A stretch of 64,000 nt of DNA, taken from NCBI GenBank assembly GCA_040399745.1, contig JBBARP010000001.1:170617-234616 (forward strand). Direction: 5' to 3'. This document shows, one piece after another, positions 17,394 to 27,434 of the stretch (positions are counted from its first letter, which is position 1; each line of letters starts with the position of its first letter). The notes beneath the pieces were generated by a model. It ran no database searches. It was not told the DNA's origin and worked only from the letters and a program-made list of their open reading frames with translations. The translations under genes and the position numbers were made by a program. Source of the DNA: Bdellovibrionia bacterium. Lineage in GTDB: Bacteria; Bdellovibrionota; UBA1018.

Positions 17394-18655
17394 TCGGAGT
17401 CTCGTTTCTTGGGATCGCGGCTGAGGTGGGCGCGGAGTTGCTCCACGCACGCTTGCCAAAGGAGGGCGTGCGCATCAGTCGTCTGAGCGTGGCCCAGGCG
17501 AGCTTGGCATTCTGTGAGTAAAGCGTCGGCATCCTGCGGGTTCCAATCAGAGGTGCTAGAGAGTGCCTCTGAGAGCGCAAGCGCTAGGTTCCTTGAGAAA
17601 TCCTCGGGGCGAATTCTTTCGAGTGCCGTACCGTTCACGCGCTTCAAGTACTCGCTTTCGGATTCTCGAAGTAGCTCAAGCCAAGTTCCTTTGAGCGTGG
17701 GGTCTAACGAGCTCCCGCCCGGAAGCGAGGAATCAAAACGGAGCGCAGCCTCTGCAGCCGAGGGTTTACGATTAAACGGGCAAACTTCTTGGCACACATC
17801 GCAGCCCGCGACGAAGCCTTCGGTTTTCGCGGTGGCCTCGGGCCACTCGCCTCGTTTTTCGAGAGTCGCGTAGGCAATACACTTTCGGGAATCGAGCTCT
17901 CCGGGCGCGGTGATGGCCCCCGTTGGACAACCGTCTAAGCAGCGCGTGCAGTGGCCGCAGAAGTGGGGAAGCGGAGCCGGGCCTTGGCCGGTTTCTCGGT
18001 CTAAGAGCACTTCTCCTAAGAACAAGTAAGAGCCTTCTTTGGGGTGGATCAGTAGCGTGTTTTTTCCAATCCAGCCCAGGCCAGAGAGCGCGGCCCAAGT
18101 GCGCTCGAGAACCGCGCTCGTGTCGACGCACACTTTCCAGCGCAGCACTCGGTCGGCCGGCCCGCCCGGTCGGGGCGGCGGAACTCGGTTGGGCTTTGCG
18201 CTCGCTTCCGCCCCAGCCTTGCCTTCGGCTTGGGCTGCGCGCGCCCGCACTCGCAGCATCACGCGGCCTAGGCGCTCGGCCAAATCCACGTGGTAGTCCG
18301 GCCCTTGTAGGTAGCGCGCGTAGCGGGGTCCTTGCTCGGCCGTGGGCGCGCCTGCTGGGCGGCGCGGGTAGGGCAACGCCACACAGAGCATGGCTTTGGC
18401 CTCGGGCATGAGCCGCCTCGGGTCGGCACGCCGATCACGCCCGCGCTCCAGGTAGTGCATCTCGCCGTGGCGGCCTTGCTCAAGCCAGCGGTCGTAACGC
18501 GCCAAGTGCGCATCATAGGGCGCGGGCTGGCCGGGGCCGGGCGGATTCAGGGCGGGGTCTAAGTCAATCGTGGCCGCAAGCGCGAATCCCTCCGAGCGTG
18601 CCTCTTCTAAGAGCCAGGCTCGGAACTGTTCTGCTGCTATTTTGGCCGCGATCAT
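17390..18655 (-). CDS. queG: Epoxyqueuosine reductase
   Basis: ARY..GPDYH, VDTSAVLER, GWIGKN, CGHCTRCLDGCP, GCDVCQEVCP; ATGA overlap with upstream gene gives start 18655. Confidence 0.95.
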   Translation of the reverse strand: MIAAKIAAEQFRAWLLEEARSEGFALAATIDLDPALNPPGPGQPAPYDAHLARYDRWLEQGRHGEMHYLERGRDRRADPRRLMPEAKAMLCVALPYPRRPAGAPTAEQGPRYARYLQGPDYHVDLAERLGRVMLRVRARAAQAEGKAGAEASAKPNRVPPPRPGGPADRVLRWKVCVDTSAVLERTWAALSGLGWIGKNTLLIHPKEGSYLFLGEVLLDRETGQGPAPLPHFCGHCTRCLDGCPTGAITAPGELDSRKCIAYATLEKRGEWPEATAKTEGFVAGCDVCQEVCPFNRKPSAAEAALRFDSSLPGGSSLDPTLKGTWLELLRESESEYLKRVNGTALERIRPEDFSRNLALALSEALSSTSDWNPQDADALLTECQARLGHAQTTDAHALLWQACVEQLRAHLSRDPKKRDSD

Positions 18656-19008
18656 GGGGCTTCTGGAGTCGCGCCTCGGACGACCGGGAGGCCTGCTTCT
18701 TCCCACTCGCAGATTCCGCCGGCCAGTGATCGCAAGCGCGTGTAGCCTTGTTGTTCGAGCCAGCGAAGAGCGTGCATCGAGCGAACGCCGTGGGCGCAGT
18801 AAATGACCCAGTTTTCGTTTTTCTCAGTCAGCACTGCGGGAGCGCGGGAAACGAATTCGCTGAGAGGCACCAATACGCAGCCCTCTAAGCGCGACTCTTC
18901 CCACTCTTCCACTTCTCGGACATCGAGCAGACGCGGCGGCTGAACATCGGGGCTAGATAGCTCCGTTTTCAGCTCGTCTACGGTGATGATCCAAGAAGCC
19001 TGCGGCAT
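18652..19008 (-). CDS. Rhodanese-like sulfurtransferase
   Basis: LLDVRE..EW, YCAHGVRS, LAGGICEW. Confidence 0.9.
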   Translation of the reverse strand: MPQASWIITVDELKTELSSPDVQPPRLLDVREVEEWEESRLEGCVLVPLSEFVSRAPAVLTEKNENWVIYCAHGVRSMHALRWLEQQGYTRLRSLAGGICEWEEAGLPVVRGATPEAP

Positions 19009-19015
19009 GGTGACC

Positions 19016-20545
19016 TCAGTGAAGTCTTGCGCCAGAAGTGATGTCCGAGATCGTTCTCTCAGACGGCAGTTCGGTGCGAAGTCCGCCAGCAAACGAGAAG
19101 TCCTTGGCGCTGAGGCGAACCTGGGGCTTCAGCATTCGGACTGCGCGGCCAATCAGGTCTTGCGGATTGGCGTCGGTGATTTCGACTTCCACCAAGTCGC
19201 CCGGGCGAAGCGAAATCGATTCGGGCGCCTCGTTCATCGACTCGGCCAACTCATCCACTTCGTTGATCAGGACGTGGCCATCGATATCCTGAGCCTGAGT
19301 AGCCATGCGGCCTTGAATCAGAAGCTCGGTCTCTTCGCTTGGGCCTTCGACCAAGACCATCACGCGCTGACCAATGTAGCGTTCGTGCAAAGTCTCGCGC
19401 TGCTTTTGGAGAAGTGCGGTCAGGGCTTTCGAGCGGCGACGCTTGGTGTTTGGGTGCAGTTGCTCGCCCATTTCGGCTGCGCGAGTGCCTTCTTCTTTCG
19501 AGAAGCGGAACACGCCCACGTGGTCGAGTTTCAATTCGTCCAGATCGCGCGAAAGCGCTTCAAACTGCTCTTCGGTTTCGCCGGGGAAGCCCACGATCAC
19601 CGAAGTGCGGAATACAATTCCGGGGATCCGAGCGCGAAGCTTGGAAACCACGTCAAAAAGCTTTTGCTTGGTCAGACGGCGTCCCATCGACTTCAGCATG
19701 GCGTCGTCGGTGTGCTGGATAGGCATATCCAGGTACTTCACGATCTTCGGCTCACGCGCGATGATGTCGACCAGTTCGTCCGAGAAATCGTCCGGATAAA
19801 CGTAGTGAAGGCGGATCCACTCGACGCCTTCGATTTTGCAAAGCTCGGGCAGGAGTTTTTCCAAGTTATCTTCGTAGCGGTTTTCGATCCCGTAATGGGT
19901 CAGGTCTTGCGCCACGAGGTTCAGCTCGCGCACTCCGCGCTGAGCCATTTGGGTGGCTTCTTCGACCAAAGAGGCAATGGTGCGCGAACGCACGTTACCG
20001 CGCAGTTTCGGAATGATGCAGAAAGCGCAGCGGCGGTTGCAGCCTTCCGAGAGCTTCAAATAAGCGGAATACGCAGGCCCGGTGTGAACGCGCGGATCTT
20101 TCTCGGAGTGGATGAACGCCGGCTGGTCAATGTACGAGCGCTTCGGAATCGGTGCGCCTTCTTCCAGTGCTTTTCCGTGGGCTTCCAGAAGTTCGGTGAT
20201 GCGGTGGTACTGACCGGTTCCGATGAAGAGATCCACTTCGGGCATCTCTTTCTCGAGGTCTTTGGCGTAGCGCTGGGGCAAGCATCCCGAAGCCACGAGC
20301 ACTTTGCAGCGCGCGGATTCTTTCAGCTGCGCGAGTTCCAGAAGGGTCTCGATCGACTCCTCTTTCGAGGCTTCGATGAACGAGCAAGTGTTCACGATGA
20401 TCACTTCGGCCGTTTCGGGCGCGTCGGTGATGGTGTAGCGCTCGTTCTTGAGCAGGCCGAGCATTACTTGGCTATCGACCAGGTTCTTCGGACATCCCAG
20501 GCTGACGAAGTAAACGGTGTCTTTCTGGGCTTCTTGTAACTGCAT
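19016..20545 (-). CDS. rimO: Ribosomal protein S12 methylthiotransferase
   Basis: SLGCPKNLVDS, NTCSFI, radical SAM EGCNRRCAFC, C-terminal TRAM domain. Confidence 0.96.
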   Translation of the reverse strand: MQLQEAQKDTVYFVSLGCPKNLVDSQVMLGLLKNERYTITDAPETAEVIIVNTCSFIEASKEESIETLLELAQLKESARCKVLVASGCLPQRYAKDLEKEMPEVDLFIGTGQYHRITELLEAHGKALEEGAPIPKRSYIDQPAFIHSEKDPRVHTGPAYSAYLKLSEGCNRRCAFCIIPKLRGNVRSRTIASLVEEATQMAQRGVRELNLVAQDLTHYGIENRYEDNLEKLLPELCKIEGVEWIRLHYVYPDDFSDELVDIIAREPKIVKYLDMPIQHTDDAMLKSMGRRLTKQKLFDVVSKLRARIPGIVFRTSVIVGFPGETEEQFEALSRDLDELKLDHVGVFRFSKEEGTRAAEMGEQLHPNTKRRRSKALTALLQKQRETLHERYIGQRVMVLVEGPSEETELLIQGRMATQAQDIDGHVLINEVDELAESMNEAPESISLRPGDLVEVEITDANPQDLIGRAVRMLKPQVRLSAKDFSFAGGLRTELPSERTISDITSGARLH

Positions 20546-20593
20546 GAGGGTTATTCCTGTACTGCTGAAGAACGAAGGCCTTGGAACGTGGGT

Positions 20594-21091
20594 TTAGTCG
20601 CGGAAATTCCCGAATTGCATCGGGACTTTCAGAGCGGCCTGTTGTTCGCGCAAAAGCGCGATTGCGGATTGAAGATCATCCCGGTTTTTGCCGTTGACGC
20701 GCACTTGCTCGTCTTGGATCTGAGCTTGGACTTTCAGCTTGGAGTCCTTGATGGCGGCAATGATTTCTTTGCCTTTTTCCTTCGAGATGCCGGCCTGAAT
20801 GACGATGACCTGGCGAACCGAGCCACCGAACGCGGTTTCGGGATCCTTGTTCTCAAACGACAAGGTCGAAAGGCCGCGCTTGATACACTTGGAGTGGAAA
20901 ATATCGCGCAAAGCTTCGAGCTTGCCTTCTTCCTCGCACCAAAGGGTGACGGTTTTGGCCTTTTGATCCAGTTTGAGCTCGGTCTTCACGCCTTTGAAAT
21001 CAAACCGGGTGGTCACTTCTTTAGTGGCCTGGTTGATGGCGTTGTCGAGTTCCTGCCAGTTCATTTCTGAAGAGATATCGAAGGAAGGCAT
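20594..21091 (-). CDS. yajQ: YajQ family nucleotide/c-di-GMP-binding protein
   Basis: MPSFDISSE...RFDFKG...RDDLQ...FGNFRD. Confidence 0.96.
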   Translation of the reverse strand: MPSFDISSEMNWQELDNAINQATKEVTTRFDFKGVKTELKLDQKAKTVTLWCEEEGKLEALRDIFHSKCIKRGLSTLSFENKDPETAFGGSVRQVIVIQAGISKEKGKEIIAAIKDSKLKVQAQIQDEQVRVNGKNRDDLQSAIALLREQQAALKVPMQFGNFRD

Positions 21092-21157
21092 AGCGTCGAT
21101 CTCATACAAAAATGATCGGATGATTTCAATCCCGAAAAGGGTGGGGGGGCCTTGGGG

Positions 21158-22111
21158 TTACCAAATCGTCCATTGGAAGCGCTTTTGGTTCCAGGCCTGG
21201 ATTTGGCGGGCAAACGAGGCGCGACCCGGGGCTTCGAATCGGCCGTCCCCGCGTTTGCGGCTACGGATGGGGAAGCGCTCGATATTGAAGCGGGAATCGG
21301 GTGCCTGGGCGGGGTTAAACACCGAAAAAGCCAGGCGGTAGTGCTTCTTCGCCCGGGCTTTCACTTCCGCATTAAACGCACCGTAGGGGTAGGCTAGGAA
21401 CGGGCGCGGTCCGCCCACAGCGCTTTCGATCTCGCACTTGGCTCCGAGGATTTCACCCTCCAAAGCCCAACCCGAAAGGGTGGTCAGACGGGGGTGGGCG
21501 CGGCCGTGGACTTGGATATCAAAGAGTGGGTCGGCATCTAAGGCGCGTGCCTCATCCCAGCTCAAAAAGGGTTTAGGAGCACCTTTTTTGGGGTGGCTCA
21601 CTTTTCCCATCAGCCAAGAATTGATGAAGAACGTGGCGTGGACTTGGAACTCGCGCAAGATGGGAGCGGCCAAGCGGTAGCTGCTGGCGTAGGAGTCGTC
21701 AAAGGTCACGATAAGAGTTTTCGGGGGGAGTGCCGGCCTCGGGTGGGCGCCATTTAAGTGAGCGTCGAGCCGCTCAATCGGGACGCTTTCGTAACCCAAC
21801 TCGTTCACCAGGTAGGAGAGTTGGCTCCGAAGTGCCTGAATGGTGGTGTCGGCCGAAGTGGAGAGGTCTGACGAGCGCGCCACCACGTCGTGGTACATCA
21901 AGACCAGGGGCCGTTCCTGGGCTGCGGCTCGGTCAGCGGCTTTTGACCAGGGCTTCGCATCAGGTAAAGGCTCGATGAAATTCGGAGGGGTCGAGGGCGC
22001 CAGTCCACACACGGCAGCCTGAGCGGTCGCAGAAATCCAAGCCAGCCCGAGGCCGGTCAGTAACGCGAATGCAGGCTTCCGAACGAAACGAAAAAGAATA
22101 CGCCTCTCCAT
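21158..22111 (-). CDS. Exported polysaccharide deacetylase (CE4)
   Basis: LMYH, TFDDS, HGRAHP, AYPYG motifs; signal peptide; SD AGGAG before ATG 22111. Confidence 0.9.
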   Translation of the reverse strand: MERRILFRFVRKPAFALLTGLGLAWISATAQAAVCGLAPSTPPNFIEPLPDAKPWSKAADRAAAQERPLVLMYHDVVARSSDLSTSADTTIQALRSQLSYLVNELGYESVPIERLDAHLNGAHPRPALPPKTLIVTFDDSYASSYRLAAPILREFQVHATFFINSWLMGKVSHPKKGAPKPFLSWDEARALDADPLFDIQVHGRAHPRLTTLSGWALEGEILGAKCEIESAVGGPRPFLAYPYGAFNAEVKARAKKHYRLAFSVFNPAQAPDSRFNIERFPIRSRKRGDGRFEAPGRASFARQIQAWNQKRFQWTIW

Positions 22112-22199
22112 ATCCCCACTCCTCCCGCCGCATGGGGTACCGCTGTTGACGAAGTGAGTCAAGTTACCGCAGCCGGGGATGCGGTCTGACGGCCGCCTC

Positions 22200-22856
22200 T
22201 TATTCCTCGACGCGTGCGGTGTTGGGCGGTGCCGTGAAATGAAAATGGGAATCGGGAGCTTCTTTTCCGAGCTCAATTTGACTGAGCGTGATTTCGCTCA
22301 GATTCCCGCCGCGGTGTTGAAGGCGAACTCGGCCGATAGTGTGGGCTTTTGGGTCGACTTCGATTTCGATGCTGGCTACCGAGCCCGCAGATTTCCGCCG
22401 GGGTTGGATCAGAAAAATGCTCTCGGTCCGGGGCGTAATGGTCATGTCTTTGAGTGAAGAACTGAAAGCACCCGCCAGAAGTGCAGTCGCAAGCCGCGAT
22501 TGCACTTCGTGGGTTTTTCGCTCGATGAGTTGCCCGGCCTCGGTCTCGTCAAAGGGCGGGGTGTAAAACCAAAAGGTTTTGCCGTCGCTGACTAAGAGGT
22601 TCTTGGCAGGCTCGTTCTGCTCCCAACGCAGCTTGTTCGGGCGTTTCACTTCCAAAGTACCGCGAGTCACGCTCTTCATCAGCGTGGCTTTGGATTCGGT
22701 GGTCTGCGCGTACTGAGCCCGAAGCGTTCCCGCTTTGGCGTAACGCGCTTCCACTTCCTGAAGAAGCTTCGGCAGGGTGCGAGCAGCCAGAGCAGGTCCT
22801 GCCGAAAAAAACGTCAAAACCGAAACCAGAGGAAGCAACCCTTTGAAGTACTTCAC
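22200..22856 (-). CDS. lolA: Outer-membrane lipoprotein carrier LolA family
   Basis: KRPNKLRWE, LLVSDGKTFWFY, FHFTAPP; signal peptide. Confidence 0.88.
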   Translation of the reverse strand: MKYFKGLLPLVSVLTFFSAGPALAARTLPKLLQEVEARYAKAGTLRAQYAQTTESKATLMKSVTRGTLEVKRPNKLRWEQNEPAKNLLVSDGKTFWFYTPPFDETEAGQLIERKTHEVQSRLATALLAGAFSSSLKDMTITPRTESIFLIQPRRKSAGSVASIEIEVDPKAHTIGRVRLQHRGGNLSEITLSQIELGKEAPDSHFHFTAPPNTARVEE

Positions 22857-22892
22857 GAGCAGGACTCCTTAGCAAAAGCGGCGCTTCAGGCC

Positions 22893-25800
22893 TTAGCGCA
22901 TCTCGATGGAAACCATCTTCGAGACGCCGGGTTCTTCCATGGTCACGCCATAGAGCGTGTCGTTCAGCTCCATGGTTTTCTTGTTGTGCGTGATCAAGAT
23001 GAACTGGCTCTTGGCGCTCATTTCCTTCAGAAGCGCGTTGAACTTGCCAATGTTGGCGTCGTCCAGCGGCGCGTCCACTTCGTCGAGTACGCAGAAGGGC
23101 GAAGGCTTCACCATGAAGATGGCGAAGATCAGCGAAACGGCCGTCAGAGCCTTTTCGCCGCCCGAGAGCAGGGTGATCGACGAGACCTTCTTGCCCGGAG
23201 GCATGGCCATAATGTCGACGCCGGCTTCGAGGATGTCGCTGGATCCTTCCGGATAGACCAGATCGAGCTTCGCCATACCGCCGCCGAAGATGATCGGGAA
23301 CAGGCGCTGGAAGCGATCAGCGATCGCTTCATAAGCTTTGCGGAAGCGTTCCTCGGAAGTGCGATTGATGTGCTCGATCGCTTCTTCCAGGTTTTTCATG
23401 GAAGTGACGAGGTCGGCCTTTTCGCCCAGCAGGTGATCGTAGCGTTCTCTGACCCGCTCGTATTCCTGATCGGCGTCTGGGTTCACGTCACCCAAGCGGC
23501 GGATACGCTCGCGTAGGCGCTCGACTTCTTCCGACAAAGCTTGCGCTTCCTCGGCAGTCATTTCGGTCGTGACGACCGGATTGTCCATTTCTTCCTGGAT
23601 GGGCACGCCTTGCGGTTCGCTCAGGCATTCCGGCCCGTACTTCTCTTCCAGATTCTGCTTCAAGTGCGACAGCTCGCCCGAGACGCGTTCGACGTCCACG
23701 GCCAGTTGTGCGGACTGACTGGTCTTCTCGTTGCCGCCTGCGTGCAGTTCTCTGATGCGGTCCAGGTTCTGCTTGAGGCGCACGTTGACCTGCTCCAAGC
23801 GATCCTTGGTGGACGACAAGCTGTCTTGGTCTTCCGCAAGCTTGAGGATCAGTTCTTCGATCTTCTCCTGAAGGCCTTGGTCGCCGCCATTGAAGTTCTG
23901 CTGTTCGTTGGAAGCGTTGCCCAGTTGGCGCTCGACTTCGTTCAAGCGGCGCTGGCGATCCGAGATGACCGATCGCTTGGCTTGAAGCTCGCGTTGCAGG
24001 GAACCCGAGCGCTCGCGAACGGAGGCCTCTTGAATGCGTGCGTTCGAGAGCTCTTGTTCTGCGATCTGAAGCTTCTCGGCGGCATCGAGTGAGCGGCCTT
24101 CGGCTTCTTGGATGCGAACTTCCAGCTCGGCGCGCGTCTCGTTGAGTTCTACGAGGCGGCTTTCAATGTCAGCGCGTTTGGTGCCGGCTTCTTCCGCTTC
24201 TTCCGTAGCGCGACGGCTCTCCTGGCGCGAACGCTCCAGTTGACCTTCGGTTTCGCGAAGGGCTTTGCCCATTTGGTGGGCGTCGCGCTCGCTGGTGGCC
24301 AGTTCCACATCCAGTGCTTGGATGCGGGCATTGGCTTCTTCCAAAGCAGTACGAGCCGCTTCAAGCTGGCTTTGTGCTTCCTCGAAAGCGGCTTCGCGCT
24401 GGGCGAGTTGCTCTTCCAGGCTCTGCGCTTCCGTTTCCAAGTCGGCAATGATGCGCTTCCGGCCCAAAACCGATGCGGGTTTGGACGACTCGGTCGAACC
24501 GCCGCGAAGGATGCCGTAGCTGTCAAACGCGGAGCCATCCAGTGCGACGATGGACCAACCGCCGAGCTTATGGATCTGATTCTGCTTCAGGAATGCCGTG
24601 ATGGGCTGAAGCGATTTCACCACGCAGACATGCGAGATGAGTTGAAGTGCGATGGCAGAAACCGTCTCTCCGGTTTCCTTGCGGATGCGGACAAATCGCC
24701 CCAGGTCGCCCATGACTTCAAAGCCGCTCGACTCAAGCGCGCTGCTGATCCCGCCGAAATCGGTGGTTCCGCGAGCCGGCTCGGGCACGACGTGAATCGA
24801 AGCGCGGCCTTGGTTCTGAGAAGCCAGTTCCGCCAAAGCTTCGATCGCAAACGAAGGATCGCCCGAGATCAGGTTTTGAAGGCGATCTTCTAGCCAGCCT
24901 TCCAAGGCCTGCTCGTAACCGCTCTGAACGTCGATGGCGTCGGCCACTGCGCGAAGCTGGCCTTGGCCGTTGGAGCGCGCCCAATCGAGCGCAGCTTTTG
25001 GACCGTCGCCAAAGCCTTCATAAGCGGCGTCGAGTTCCTTGAGTGAGCTCAGTTTCGTGCGAGTCTGGGTCAGGACTTTGGAAGCTTCATCGCGCACTTT
25101 TTGAGCGTCACGCTGAGCTTGATCTTGCTGGCGAAGCTTGGCTTGGGACTCTTCGCGAAGGCCTTTTTGCTCTTCTTTCTGGGTGCGAGCAATGGAAGCG
25201 CGTTCTTGAGCGGCCTCGGTCTCGATCCGAGATTCCGCGAGCCGGGCTTCTTGTTCCTCGATCTGCTGGGCGAGTCGCTGGGCTTGCGCCAAGGCGCTTT
25301 CTGCGCGCGAAGCAAGCGATGCCGCCGAAGAGGTGAGGCTTGAGCCATCCGAAACCGAGCGCAGTTGTTCGCGCTTGAGTTGCTCGACTTGGCTTCTGGC
25401 TTGCTGAGCTTCGCTTCTGAGCTGACGAGTGGCTTCGTCTTGCTCTTGAACCTGAGCCTGAGCTTGAGCTTGGGTTTCGTCGGCAGTTTGAAATTCGATT
25501 TCAAACTGCGCCAAAGTTTCTTGGGAAATGGCGATTCCTTCGACCAGTTCCTCTTTTTCGGCCTGAAGCGATGCCAGAGTCGCTTCCAGGTCTTTCTGGC
25601 GGCGCTGGGAAAGATCGAGCGCTGCTTTTTGGCGAGTCAGTTCGCCCGAGCATTCTTGAATGCGCGCCTGGATTTCTTCCGCAAATTTTCCTTCAGTGAC
25701 GCTGTGAACGCGGTCGATCTCGATCGTGTTCTCGACGACCTGCAGTTCCGCTCGGAAAGTGACTAAGTCTTGCTCGAGAAGGTCGCGGCGGTTTTTGACT

Positions 25801-26570
25801 TCCTGAAGCTGCTGATTCAGCACGCGCGCTTTGCGGCGACCCCAAGTGATCTCTTTTTCAAAGAGCTCTTCTTTGTACTTCTTGTACTGGCGGGCTTTCT
25901 GAGCTTGGCGCTCCAAGCTGTTCAGGCTGCGCTCGATCTCGGCGATGACGTCGTTCAGCCGCGAGAGATTGGCCTGGGTGGCTTCGATCTTCCGAAGCGA
26001 CTCTTTTTTACGGGCTTTGTATTTTGCGATGCCTGCGGCTTCTTCGATCAGAAGGCGGCGCTCTTCGGGCTTGGCGTTCACGATCTTGCCGATCTGGCCT
26101 TGCTCGATCACGGAGTAGCCTTTGGCGCCAACCCCGGTGTCCATGAAGAGTTCTTGAATGTCTTTCAAGCGGGCGGGAACGCCGTTGATGAAGTACTCGC
26201 CGTTTCCGTCGCGGTACACGCGCCGAGTGACGGCAATTTCTTTCGCTTTCAGGGCCGGGCCCGTGTCTTCGGCGCTGGCGCCTGCGGGGCCGTTCTCGGT
26301 GTCGGGAACCATTTGTTCCAGCACCATGGTCGCTTCAGCCATGCCCAAGGGAGAGTAGCGGGACGAGCCGTTGAAAATCAGGTCGTCGGCACCCGTGCCG
26401 CGCATGTGCTTGTAGGACTGCTCGCCCATGACCCAGAAAAAGGCGTCCACGATGTTCGACTTGCCGCAGCCGTTGGGCCCGACGATGCCGGTAATCGTGT
26501 GGTCAAAGTGAATGACCGTTTTGTCTTTGAAAGACTTGAAGCCTTGAATTTCCAGTCGCTTGACGCGCAT
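22893..26570 (-). CDS. smc: Chromosome partition protein SMC
   Basis: GFKSF, GPNGCGKSN, long coiled coils with hinge, LSGGE, LDEVDAPLD. Confidence 0.98.
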   Translation of the reverse strand: MRVKRLEIQGFKSFKDKTVIHFDHTITGIVGPNGCGKSNIVDAFFWVMGEQSYKHMRGTGADDLIFNGSSRYSPLGMAEATMVLEQMVPDTENGPAGASAEDTGPALKAKEIAVTRRVYRDGNGEYFINGVPARLKDIQELFMDTGVGAKGYSVIEQGQIGKIVNAKPEERRLLIEEAAGIAKYKARKKESLRKIEATQANLSRLNDVIAEIERSLNSLERQAQKARQYKKYKEELFEKEITWGRRKARVLNQQLQEVKNRRDLLEQDLVTFRAELQVVENTIEIDRVHSVTEGKFAEEIQARIQECSGELTRQKAALDLSQRRQKDLEATLASLQAEKEELVEGIAISQETLAQFEIEFQTADETQAQAQAQVQEQDEATRQLRSEAQQARSQVEQLKREQLRSVSDGSSLTSSAASLASRAESALAQAQRLAQQIEEQEARLAESRIETEAAQERASIARTQKEEQKGLREESQAKLRQQDQAQRDAQKVRDEASKVLTQTRTKLSSLKELDAAYEGFGDGPKAALDWARSNGQGQLRAVADAIDVQSGYEQALEGWLEDRLQNLISGDPSFAIEALAELASQNQGRASIHVVPEPARGTTDFGGISSALESSGFEVMGDLGRFVRIRKETGETVSAIALQLISHVCVVKSLQPITAFLKQNQIHKLGGWSIVALDGSAFDSYGILRGGSTESSKPASVLGRKRIIADLETEAQSLEEQLAQREAAFEEAQSQLEAARTALEEANARIQALDVELATSERDAHQMGKALRETEGQLERSRQESRRATEEAEEAGTKRADIESRLVELNETRAELEVRIQEAEGRSLDAAEKLQIAEQELSNARIQEASVRERSGSLQRELQAKRSVISDRQRRLNEVERQLGNASNEQQNFNGGDQGLQEKIEELILKLAEDQDSLSSTKDRLEQVNVRLKQNLDRIRELHAGGNEKTSQSAQLAVDVERVSGELSHLKQNLEEKYGPECLSEPQGVPIQEEMDNPVVTTEMTAEEAQALSEEVERLRERIRRLGDVNPDADQEYERVRERYDHLLGEKADLVTSMKNLEEAIEHINRTSEERFRKAYEAIADRFQRLFPIIFGGGMAKLDLVYPEGSSDILEAGVDIMAMPPGKKVSSITLLSGGEKALTAVSLIFAIFMVKPSPFCVLDEVDAPLDDANIGKFNALLKEMSAKSQFILITHNKKTMELNDTLYGVTMEEPGVSKMVSIEMR

Positions 26571-26607
26571 AGTTGAGTCTCTCCCCCCGGTCCCGACGAG
26601 GAACAGA

Positions 26608-26635
26608 ACTGTAACAAGCCACGGGCAAAAGGCAA
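26608..26635 (-). promoter_or_regulatory. Putative sigma70 promoter of smc
   Basis: TTGCCT-N16-TACAGT with TGn extended -10. Confidence 0.45.
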
Positions 26636-26697
26636 GGTGACAGTCAGGTATTCCCTGTTTCTCGGGCGGGGGTTGGGCGGCTGGCTTCCCGAGAATG

Positions 26698-26731
26698 AGA
26701 AACGCCCGCTCCGGCAGGACCAGAGCGGGCG
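26698..26731 (-). terminator. Probable intrinsic terminator downstream of the 27434-26757 gene
   Basis: CGCCCGCTCTGG/CCGGAGCGGGCG stem followed by TTTCT on minus strand. Confidence 0.6.
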
Positions 26732-26756
26732 CTCGAATTGAGGGTGGGCCTCAAAA

Positions 26757-27434
26757 TTAGTCGCGGTAGAAGACCGGAGTCACGGTCAGGGTGACCGTGC
26801 CCGAAGCGTCCTGCGAGCAGGCGCCTTCGATATCAATCCGATTGGCGTAGACGGGGCGGCCGTATTGATCGCGCTTTCGGTAGATGTCTTCGGCGGTCAC
26901 TTTCATGTGGCTCAAGGTCGAAAGGACTGCGCCGCAGGCAATGATGCTTTCTTCCGGCTTCTTAGAAAGGATGACCTGCGAGCTGGAGGGGAAGGAATTG
27001 GCTCCTTTTTGGAGTCCCTTTTTCAGGTTCGCAATGACGCCAAAGCCCCAATTCGAAGCACCAAAAACGATCGTGTCCAGAGCCAAGCGGCGCTTATCCA
27101 CGCAGTTGCCGGTCGAGAACTGAACGGCGTCTGAACTGATGTTTTCAATGACTTTTCGGATTTTGTCGCAAGCCGGGTCCTTCATCGAGGCGATGGCGCC
27201 GCCGATGAAAGGGAGCCCTGCCGAGCCATTCAGAACCGAGGCTCCGATGACGATCTGGCTGAACAGGTTCGAGCCCATGCCGCCCGATCTTACGTAAACG
27301 TTATTGAGCAGGATCTGGTCTGCCGAGTAGGCGGCGGGAGTTTCGATCATGTCCTCGTCGGCGCGAGCCGTGACAGCGAGGGACGAAATCAGCAAAGCAG
27401 ACAGGGTCAGGAAGGCCGAGCTTTTCCGGAACAT
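26757..27434 (-). CDS. Secreted hypothetical protein
   Basis: SD AAGGAG before ATG 27434; signal peptide ending ARA; four Cys. Confidence 0.75.
   Translation of the reverse strand: MFRKSSAFLTLSALLISSLAVTARADEDMIETPAAYSADQILLNNVYVRSGGMGSNLFSQIVIGASVLNGSAGLPFIGGAIASMKDPACDKIRKVIENISSDAVQFSTGNCVDKRRLALDTIVFGASNWGFGVIANLKKGLQKGANSFPSSSQVILSKKPEESIIACGAVLSTLSHMKVTAEDIYRKRDQYGRPVYANRIDIEGACSQDASGTVTLTVTPVFYRD

Noticed and set aside
18983..20539. 518-aa plus-strand ORF
   Set aside because: Antisense shadow of rimO; expected from high-GC codon bias; no motifs
22893..26570. SMC as part of a Wadjet/MksBEF-type defence system
   Set aside because: Canonical housekeeping SMC with hinge; neighbours are lolA and a hypothetical gene, no jetABD-like partners
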